Below, piece after piece: positions 8,435 through 14,585 of a DNA stretch of 14,585 bases. The notes under the pieces are model-generated. The model saw nothing but the letters and a program-made list of their open reading frames with translations, had not been told where the DNA came from and did not search any database. The stretch is taken from the NCBI GenBank assembly GCA_037446635.1, contig JBBIIG010000017.1, forward strand, positions 18,150 to 32,734, in the 5' to 3' direction. Numbering within the stretch: the stretch's first letter is position 1; each line of letters begins with the position of its first letter. A program made the translations under genes and the position numbers. The DNA is from a bacterium. Lineage in GTDB: Bacteria > Zhuqueibacterota > Zhuqueibacteria > Oceanimicrobiales > Oceanimicrobiaceae.

Positions 8435-8461
8435 ACAGACCCCTCCAAGTCAAAAAATCGC

Positions 8462-8490
8462 TTGACAATGGAGAGGGTTTTCAATATGTT
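8462..8490 (+). promoter_or_regulatory. Sigma70-type promoter on the plus strand (antisense direction)
   Basis: TTGACA (8462-8467), 17-nt spacer, TATGTT (8485-8490). Confidence 0.6.
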
Positions 8491-8493
8491 TGG

Positions 8494-8580
8494 GCGTTAA
8501 TCCCGACACTTCGGGGTTAGCGCGTGGGCGGGGTTACCGGTTTGACTTTCCACGGTGAAACGGTAGCCTCGCTTTTTTAT
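8494..8580 (+). ncRNA. Candidate small (antisense) RNA of about 85 nt
   Basis: Starts just after the promoter. Hairpin 1 gcgttaatcccga-cact-tcggggttagcgc. Hairpin 2 gcggggttaccg..cggtagcctcgc followed by T6, an intrinsic terminator. The G-U pairs form only on the plus strand. No family recognised. Confidence 0.55.
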
Positions 8581-8624
8581 TGAAACCCCTCCCGTCGTTT
8601 TAATTTGGTTTCCACAATCTTCTC

Positions 8625-8668
8625 AAACAAAAAAGCCAAACAAGTCTTAGGTTCAATTTGTCTGGCTT
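8625..8668 (-). terminator. Intrinsic terminator on the minus strand within the long leader
   Basis: aagccagacaa / ttgtttggctt stem (11 bp, one G-U) with a 14-nt loop, followed by ttttgttt. Confidence 0.55.
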
Positions 8669-8766
8669 CAGTAACTTCCCGAATGGAATTCTCCCTTGTT
8701 TGTGTGAAGGGAGACCTGAGTTTTAAAAAGAACGGTGGTTTTATTCTGAAATGCGGCATTTTTATT

Positions 8767-8782
8767 TACAATCCCTGTGCCA
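8767..8782 (-). promoter_or_regulatory. Candidate sigma54 (-24/-12) promoter
   Basis: Minus strand TGGCAC-AGGGA-TTGTA, one mismatch from TGGCAC-N5-TTGCW. Confidence 0.55.
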
Positions 8783-8894
8783 GAATCTCGTCATTTTGTG
8801 CGATTTTTTATGGGTTTCTTATGTTTTGAAATCACAATTCTTACGACTCGCCATTAAAAAGCAGTTTGGTTTCTAAAACCAGAAAAAATAAAAC

Positions 8895-9001
8895 TGAGAC
8901 AAGCGTGTCTCAACTGACCTTTCGCGATCTTGAGCTTGCTTGTTGATTACTATTGAGTTACAAAAGTGTGACATCAAATGTCCATTAGTGACAAGATTGT
9001 C
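8895..9001. promoter_or_regulatory. Three GACA-N4/5-TGTC palindromes (candidate enhancer-binding-protein sites)
   Basis: tgagaca-agcg-tgtctca (8895-8912), gaca-tcaaa-tgtc (8970-8982) and gaca-agat-tgtc (8990-9001), 115-220 nt upstream of the sigma54-like motif. Confidence 0.45.
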
Positions 9002-9084
9002 CCAATTTTGTGCTGTGTGACTCCATTTCAGAATTTCTTGTGCGCTGAGCGGATCCGTTTTGCGGAGGTCGGTTTGGAAAGTCA

Positions 9085-9270
9085 CCTCCTACCCCCTCGC
9101 TGCTTAGTTAAAGAGGATTAGGGGTTGTCTTTTCTGTGCCTCTATCTCGGACAACCCCTAAATCCCCCTTTTGTTAATTTTTGTTAAGGGGGACTTTGGT
9201 ATACTTTCTTTCAAGGGGAGGGGGCAAGGGTGGTCAATCCGTGTTTCTCCGTGAAAACTCCGTGGTAAAA
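9085..9270. repeat. Cluster of REP-like palindromic repeats downstream of maeB
   Basis: Inverted repeat taggggttgtc (9119-9129) / gacaaccccta (9150-9160). tccccctt..aaggggga hairpin (about 9163-9194). aaggggagggggcaaggg. Repeated tccgtg units at 9238-9264. Confidence 0.6.
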
Positions 9271-9271
9271 A

Positions 9272-11551
9272 CTACGCTCCTAAAATCGATCGCTCCCCGG
9301 CCTGTGCATCCACCACGGCGATGGCCGTCATGTTCACCACGTCAACCTCATTGAAGTCGCCGATTTGCAGCACGTGCACTGGTTTGCGCATGCCCATGAG
9401 AATCGGGCCGATGGCCTCGGCGCCGCCGAGCGTCTGCAACAGCTTGTACGCTACGTTGCCGGCTTCGAGGTTCGGGAAGATTAGAACGTTGGCGCCGCCC
9501 GTACCTTTTAGCGGACTGAACGGATAAACCTCATCGATGATTTCCGGCGCCACTGCGGTGTTGGCCTGCATCTCGCCATCGATGATAAAATCCGGGTTGC
9601 GGCGCCTGACGATCTCTACCGCCTGCCGCACTTTGTCGGCCAGGGGGTGGCGCGTGCTGCCAAAATTCGAAAAGGAGAGCATGGCCACCCGCGGCTCCAC
9701 GTCGAAGCGGCGCACCTCTTTGGCGCACAGCAAAGCGATGTCCGCCAAATCCTCTGCTGAGGGCTCGATATTGACGGTGGCATCGGCGAAGAAAAGCACG
9801 CGATCCTTGAAAACCATCATGTAAACCCCCGCAACCTTTTTCACGTCCGGGCGCGTGCCGATGATTTGCAGCGCCGGGCGGATGGTTTCGGGGTAGGCGT
9901 TGGTGAGTCCGGAGACGAGGCCGTCGGCGTCGCCGAGATGCACCATCATCGCGCCGAAATAATTGCGCCGCCGCATCGTCTGCACCGCCTCCGCGCGCGT
10001 GACGCCTTTGCGCTGCCGCAGGTGGTAAAACATATCGGCGTACATTTGCATTTTATCCGACTTCAGCGGGTCGACGATCTCCACGCCGGAATTCAAATAT
10101 AAATGCAGGTCATGAATTTTCTGTTCGATGACCTCGCGCTTGCCTAACAGAATCGGCTTCGCCAGTCCTTCATCCAGCACGATTTCGGTAGCCTTGAGAA
10201 TCGACTCGTGATCGCCCTCGGGATAGACGATGCGCTTCGGCTCTTTTTTCGCTTTGTTGATCACCTTACGCATCACCCGGCGGGACATGCCCAGGCGCGC
10301 TTCCAACTTCTCTTTGTATTCATTGATGTCGAGTTTCAGGCGCGCGACGCCGCTTTCCATTGCTGCCTTGGCGACTGCCGTGGCCTCCCAGATCAGCACG
10401 CGCGGATCGAACGGTTTGGGAATGATGTACTCGCGGCCAAACTCCAGACGTTTCATGCGGTAGGCCATCATCACCGAATAGGGCACGGGCTCTTTGGTCA
10501 AGTCCGCCAGCGCTCTCGCCGCCGCCACTTTCATTTCCTCGTTGATGGTGGTGGCCATCACGTCGAGCGCGCCGCGGAAGATGAACGGAAAGCCTAACAC
10601 GTTGTTGACCTGATTGGGGAAGTCGCTGCGGCCGGTGGCCATGATCAAATCGTCGCGGACGGACATGGCTTCGTCGTACGGAATTTCCGGGTCGGGATTG
10701 GCCATCGCAAAGATAATGGGATTGTCCGCCATCGAGCGCACCATCTCTTTGGTGACGATGTTCGGACCGGAGAGGCCGGAGAACACGTCCGCGCCCTTCA
10801 TGGCGTCGGCGAGGGTGCGGGCGTCCGTTTCCACCGCGAAAAATTCTTTGTAGGGGTTCATGCCTTCTTTGCGGCCTTTGTAGATCACGCCTTTGGTGTC
10901 GCACAGCATGATGTTTTTCTTTTTGACGCCGAGCTGCATGTAAAATTTTGCGCAGGCGATGCCGGCCGCGCCGGCGCCGCTGATCACCAGCCGCACTTTG
11001 TCGATGGGCTTGCCCACGATTTCCAGCGCGTTCAGCAGTCCCGCGCCGGAGATGATGGCGGTACCGTGCTGGTCGTCGTGGAACACCGGGATGTTCATCT
11101 GCTTTTTCAGCTCCTCCTCGATGTAAAAGCACTCCGGCGCTTTGATGTCTTCGAGGTTGATGCCGCCGAAGGTGGGCTCTAGCAATTTCACGGTGCGGAT
11201 GATGTCATCGGGATCGTGGGAGTCGATCTCGATGTCGAACACGTCGATGTCGGCGAAACGTTTGAACAGCACGCCTTTGCCTTCCATCACCGGCTTGCCG
11301 GCCGCCGCGCCGATGTCGCCGAGGCCCAGCACCGCCGTGCCGTTGGAGACCACCGCCACGAGGTTGCCTTTGGAGGTGTACTTGTAAACGTCGTCGGGAT
11401 TCTTGTGAATCTCCCGGCAGGGCTCGGCCACGCCTGGCGTGTAGGCCAGCGACAAATCTTTTTGCGTTACACACGGCTTAGTGGGCGTGACTTCCACTTT
11501 GCCGCGGCGTTCGCGCTCGTGATATTGCAGCGCTTCTTCACGGTTTATCAT
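9272..11551 (-). CDS. maeB: NADP-dependent malic enzyme with C-terminal phosphotransacetylase-like domain
   Basis: [50 protein letters not shown] and [12 protein letters not shown], plus the PTA domain ([28 protein letters not shown]). SD AAGGAG at 11565-11560 supports ATG 11551. Confidence 0.97.
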   Translation of the reverse strand: MINREEALQYHERERRGKVEVTPTKPCVTQKDLSLAYTPGVAEPCREIHKNPDDVYKYTSKGNLVAVVSNGTAVLGLGDIGAAAGKPVMEGKGVLFKRFADIDVFDIEIDSHDPDDIIRTVKLLEPTFGGINLEDIKAPECFYIEEELKKQMNIPVFHDDQHGTAIISGAGLLNALEIVGKPIDKVRLVISGAGAAGIACAKFYMQLGVKKKNIMLCDTKGVIYKGRKEGMNPYKEFFAVETDARTLADAMKGADVFSGLSGPNIVTKEMVRSMADNPIIFAMANPDPEIPYDEAMSVRDDLIMATGRSDFPNQVNNVLGFPFIFRGALDVMATTINEEMKVAAARALADLTKEPVPYSVMMAYRMKRLEFGREYIIPKPFDPRVLIWEATAVAKAAMESGVARLKLDINEYKEKLEARLGMSRRVMRKVINKAKKEPKRIVYPEGDHESILKATEIVLDEGLAKPILLGKREVIEQKIHDLHLYLNSGVEIVDPLKSDKMQMYADMFYHLRQRKGVTRAEAVQTMRRRNYFGAMMVHLGDADGLVSGLTNAYPETIRPALQIIGTRPDVKKVAGVYMMVFKDRVLFFADATVNIEPSAEDLADIALLCAKEVRRFDVEPRVAMLSFSNFGSTRHPLADKVRQAVEIVRRRNPDFIIDGEMQANTAVAPEIIDEVYPFSPLKGTGGANVLIFPNLEAGNVAYKLLQTLGGAEAIGPILMGMRKPVHVLQIGDFNEVDVVNMTAIAVVDAQAGERSILGA

Positions 11552-11612
11552 TTCATAAACTCCTTGTGTTTTGTTTGCGATGAAAAACTCAATTCTTCGC
11601 TGCGGAGAATTT

Positions 11613-11795
11613 ACTCGGCACGCCTTTGCTCGCTGGGGATTTAGCCTCCGTGCTCGGCCCGCCAAGAAATCCCCCGCGTACTAATGAATCTGGAATTGAA
11701 TTCCAAAAGCCATTTTTTCCGTGCGGGATTACCTGCCCGTCGGCAGGCGAGCTTGGCAAAACGGCACGGGCGACAAATCCCGCGCGCGCCGAGTG
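11613..11795. repeat. Large imperfect palindrome (inverted doublet with internal hairpins) upstream of maeB
   Basis: Ends actcggcacgc / gcgcgccgagt. Both arms share gggattt..ccgtgc..gccaag..aatccc. Centre ggaattgaattcc. The right arm has an extra cctgcccgtcggcagg hairpin. Confidence 0.6.
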
Positions 11796-11883
11796 ATTCA
11801 TCGATCCATTAATCCAGCAATCTATTTATCCACTAACTCTCAAAGCGGAGCTTTGAGTTACATTCCACCACGCTAGCGCTTCG

Positions 11884-12540
11884 TTACACTTTCTCCACTT
11901 GCCGTTTCTTTTCAAACAGCTCTTCCAAATGCAGGCGGCATGCAACATCTCGCAGATCTTTTCCCAGCGCGTGGTTGAATTGCAGCATGGCTTCGTCCAC
12001 TTTCCCCATCTTCGCATAAACCACGCCGAGGTGATAGTGCGCCATTTCGTAGTCTGGCGTCAGTTCGATGCAGGTTTTGAAGTGGGAGACGGCGTCGTCG
12101 AATTGGCCGAGGTGGTAGCAAGCGAGGCCGAGGCGGTAGTGTGCGGGACTGTATTCGGGATCGGCAGTTAGCACTTTTTTGAGCTGCACTAAGGCTTCGG
12201 TGAGCCGCGCCTGATAATAGAGGACGATGGCGAGATCATACATCAGGTCAATATTATTGGGATCGATGTCGAGGGCCATGCGGTAGCGCGATTCCGCTTC
12301 CACCAATTTGCCTTTATGAAACAAGGCGTTGCCAAAAAGTTTTTGCGCCAACGGATTATGCGGATTGTCCTCGGCGAATTTTTTGGATTCTTCAAAAAAC
12401 GACTTGCCATGAAACTTGCTCACAAAATCCGCCGCCGCCCACAGATACTCTTCCTGGTAATCGTCCTTCAGCAGCGCGCCGCAATCGAAACAGAACGCAT
12501 GTGCGTGCGGACGTCTGGCTTGGCATTCCGGGCAGTACAT
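11884..12540 (-). CDS. Tetratricopeptide-repeat protein with N-terminal zinc ribbon
   Basis: MYCPECQ..FCFDCG followed by about four TPRs (e.g. AHYRLGLACYHLGQFDDAVSHFKTCIELTPDY). AGGAG upstream of the ATG. Confidence 0.9.
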   Translation of the reverse strand: MYCPECQARRPHAHAFCFDCGALLKDDYQEEYLWAAADFVSKFHGKSFFEESKKFAEDNPHNPLAQKLFGNALFHKGKLVEAESRYRMALDIDPNNIDLMYDLAIVLYYQARLTEALVQLKKVLTADPEYSPAHYRLGLACYHLGQFDDAVSHFKTCIELTPDYEMAHYHLGVVYAKMGKVDEAMLQFNHALGKDLRDVACRLHLEELFEKKRQVEKV

Positions 12541-12612
12541 CTTCTCTCCTTAATGCGTTATGGTTTCAAAGTTTATCCTTCGCTATTTGCTAATAGAAAG
12601 CAGAGGAGGTGG

Positions 12613-12738
12613 TATTGGAGTGTTGGAGTAGTGGAGTAATGGAGTAATGTTTTACTCTACCCATCAATCCATCAATCCATCAATCCATCAATCCATCAAT
12701 CCATCAATCCATCAATCCATTACTCCAACACTCCAACC
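12613..12738. repeat. Octamer tandem arrays in inverted arrangement
   Basis: About four TGGAGTRN units (12615-12649) facing (ccatcaat)x7 (12661-12716) plus ccattactccaacactccaa. Confidence 0.9.
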
Positions 12739-12742
12739 CCTG

Positions 12743-13316
12743 TCACTTGGGAATTTCCACCACCCTAAGGTTACTCTGATATTGTTTGAGCAGCTCGAGA
12801 AACGCCTCGGGAGCTTTCCTGAAGGTAGTCTGGCAATCCTTGCACTCGAAATAGAACGTATCGCCGCGAAAGGTAGCGTACAGGTTTTCGGCTTTCGCCT
12901 GCTGCGACGCCACCGGCGCGTAACATACCGGACAGTAACCATCGGCCTGTTCTTCCGGAACGCCGGGATGTTTCTCGCGATGGAGCTGCGCCACGTAGTG
13001 GCCGAGGGCGCGAATTTCTTTGGCGCTCAGGCGAATGGGCGGCATGGCGGTGCGGTCCACAAATCGCAGGTGCACTTGCACAAACTGGCTGTCATTCGCC
13101 AAAAAGGGATCCGATAAATCTGGAGCGATCGAATCTGCTATGATGTCAACGGTTGTCGCCGTAACGCCTTCAACGTGACATTTGGCGCACTGATGTTGCT
13201 CGAATAGTTGTTTTCCCTGTGCCGCCAACTCCAACGAAACCGGATTGACCACGCGCTCTTTTTTGGCGCAGGCTGCGAACCATCAGCGCGATCTGCCACA
13301 TGTGTTTCGTTTTCAT
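12743..13316 (-). CDS. Monoheme cytochrome c / YHS(TRASH)-like fusion lipoprotein, frameshifted in the signal peptide (pseudogene or sequencing indel)
   Basis: GKQLF..CAKCH, APDLS and distal Met in AMPP. C-terminal CPVC..FRGDTFYFECKDC..F...P. SD AAGGAGG precedes ATG 13316 (MKTKHMWQIALM), which is one base out of frame with the lipobox FAAC-AKKE and the mature ORF 12743-13252. Confidence 0.8.
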
Positions 13317-13373
13317 AAATCCTCCTTAAAAATGAAGATGTATTAGAACTGGCGCTATTGGAAGATAGCTTGA

Positions 13374-14258
13374 TCAGTGATTAATTTCACTGCGCACCGA
13401 TAACACCGGGCAGGGAGAAATTTTGATCACTTTTTCCGTGACACTACCCATCAGTACTTTCGACAGTCCGGTGCGGCCGTGGGTGGCCATGGCGATGAGG
13501 TCGATGTCCCAATCCTGCGCAAATTCCATGATGCCGTAGCCAGCCGAGCCAATGTGGTGGCGGATGAACTTTTTGGTCTCGATGGTCTCGAACGCCTGCG
13601 GTAACTCCCACTGCTCTTCTAATTTCGCTTTGAGCTTTTCAAAGAAATCGTATTCTTTCGACTGGATTTTGGGATCGAGTTGGTGGCCCAACTCCACTAC
13701 GTGCAGAAGGTTAATCTCTGATTTGTACTTTTCCGCGATGGCGGCCACGATGGGCAGCACCGCATAGGAGAGGGGAGAAAAATCAATCGGCAACAGAATG
13801 CGTTTGATGGGCAGGCCATCCGGTTTGGCGTGTACCGTCAGCACCGGGCATTCAGCTTTACGGGTGACCTTTTCGCCGGTGGCGCCTAAAAACAGCCGCT
13901 CAAATTTCGAGAGGCCTTTGGCGCCAAGGATGATCAAATCAAAAGGCTCGCTTTGGGCGTAGTCTAAAATTTCAAGATATGGCGTGCCGACGCGAATGAC
14001 CTTTTTGAATCTGCCAGCCCAGTCGCCGGTGAATTCGTTCAACTGTTCCACCAGGTCTTCTTCGCGGGCCGCGCCGTAATTGGGGAAGTCCGGCATGAGC
14101 GCGGTGTAGGCTTCCGCCACGTTTGGGGAGACGTGCATCAGCACCAGCTGGGAATCAAATGTTTCTGCAAAATTTTTGGCGTACTGCAGCGCGTCCCGCG
14201 AGGCGTCTGAAAAATCAATTGGACAGAGGATTTTTTTGAACAGATTCATTTCGCTCAC
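13374..14258 (-). CDS. Universal stress protein with two USP domains
   Basis: KILCPIDFS..DLIILGAKG..LFLGATGEKV..CPVLTV and RILLPIDFS..DLIAMATHGRTG..MGSVTEKV..CPVLSV. Start is GTG 14258 or ATG 14249. Confidence 0.95.
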   Translation of the reverse strand: MSEMNLFKKILCPIDFSDASRDALQYAKNFAETFDSQLVLMHVSPNVAEAYTALMPDFPNYGAAREEDLVEQLNEFTGDWAGRFKKVIRVGTPYLEILDYAQSEPFDLIILGAKGLSKFERLFLGATGEKVTRKAECPVLTVHAKPDGLPIKRILLPIDFSPLSYAVLPIVAAIAEKYKSEINLLHVVELGHQLDPKIQSKEYDFFEKLKAKLEEQWELPQAFETIETKKFIRHHIGSAGYGIMEFAQDWDIDLIAMATHGRTGLSKVLMGSVTEKVIKISPCPVLSVRSEINH

Positions 14259-14380
14259 CTTCCTTAATTTTTAGACTTATAATTCGATGCCCATCGAGAA
14301 GCGATGATAAAATTTTGCTTTGAGATTCATCCCCAGTGAGAGTGATGGATTAATGGACTGATGGAGTACTGGATTGTGAC

Positions 14381-14510
14381 GGGGCTGTCCAAAAAGTCGA
14401 TTTTTGTTGAATGTCATGGCCGTAGGCTTTTAGCGGGCATCCCTATCAGCAGTTTATAGACTCCCGCTAAAAAAATGCGGGAGTGACAGATGGGCTTTTT
14501 GGACAGCCCC
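14381..14510. mobile_element. 130-bp MITE
   Basis: Perfect 16-bp terminal inverted repeats ggggctgtccaaaaag / ctttttggacagcccc. Flanking GAC direct repeat (14378-14380 and 14511-14513). Internal hairpin actcccgc..gcgggagt. No coding capacity. Second decayed copy at 4536-4649. Confidence 0.8.
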
Positions 14511-14543
14511 GACTTCAAAACAGAGCTTTGAGTTACATTGATT

Positions 14544-14585
14544 CATTACTCCATTACTCCATTACTCCATTACTCCATTACTCCA
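14544..14585. repeat. Octamer tandem array (cattactc)x5, running to the window end
   Basis: Five exact copies at 14544-14583. Degenerate complementary units at about 14344-14376 (gatggattaatggactgatggagtactgga). Confidence 0.9.

Noticed and set aside
8407..8500. Plus-strand AAGGAGG followed by a 28-codon ORF from ATG 8414
   Set aside because: Zero spacing between the SD and the ATG. Better explained as the anti-SD of the minus-strand leader.
8515..8545. gcggggttaccg resembles the 3' end of a c-di-GMP-I riboswitch
   Set aside because: The upstream GNRA-capped P2 and GACGCAAAGC core are absent, and no plus-strand gene follows.
8577..8829. ORFs 8577-8759 (-) and 8605-8829 (+)
   Set aside because: No SD or recognisable motif. 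The minus ORF begins at or before the predicted sigma54 start site and crosses a terminator. Not fully excluded.
9321..11644. ORFs overlapping maeB, including 10320-11132
   Set aside because: Arg-rich off-frame or antisense shadows of maeB.
12613..12738. Possible CRISPR array, and the plus-strand ORF 12647-13117 with SINPSIHQ repeats
   Set aside because: Contiguous 8-mers with no spacers and no cas genes. The ORF simply translates the repeat and the cytochrome antisense strand.
13170..13316. 48-aa ORF from ATG 13316 containing a Walker-A-like GVGGTGKTT
   Set aside because: Off-frame reading of the cytochrome sequence, too short for an NTPase fold.

Overview
Chromosomal window from a diderm bacterium (TonB-dependent receptor and lipoproteins; lineage not determinable here). 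All credible protein genes lie on the minus strand. In transcription order: tandem-domain universal stress protein; cytochrome c/YHS lipoprotein with a frameshifted signal peptide; zinc-ribbon TPR protein; maeB; an AT-richer block (about 5140-9100) with an Ig-like lipoprotein and a TonB-dependent receptor; a small His-containing helical lipoprotein with a broken start; a cytidylate-kinase-like gene, feoB, a Cys-rich mini-protein and a DtxR-FeoA fusion; and the 5' part of gltA. The intergenic spaces carry REP-like palindromes, a 130-bp MITE and octamer tandem arrays. The most unusual region is 8335-9000, upstream of the lipoprotein/receptor pair. It contains a sigma54-like promoter with palindromic candidate enhancer sites, a leader terminator, a candidate ~85-nt antisense RNA with its own promoter and terminator, alternative SD/anti-SD pairings, and a 9-codon leader ORF (MYFKWDHPP-stop) overlapping an anti-SD for the lipoprotein. 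This may be a layered riboregulatory switch; that reading is inference and is untested.
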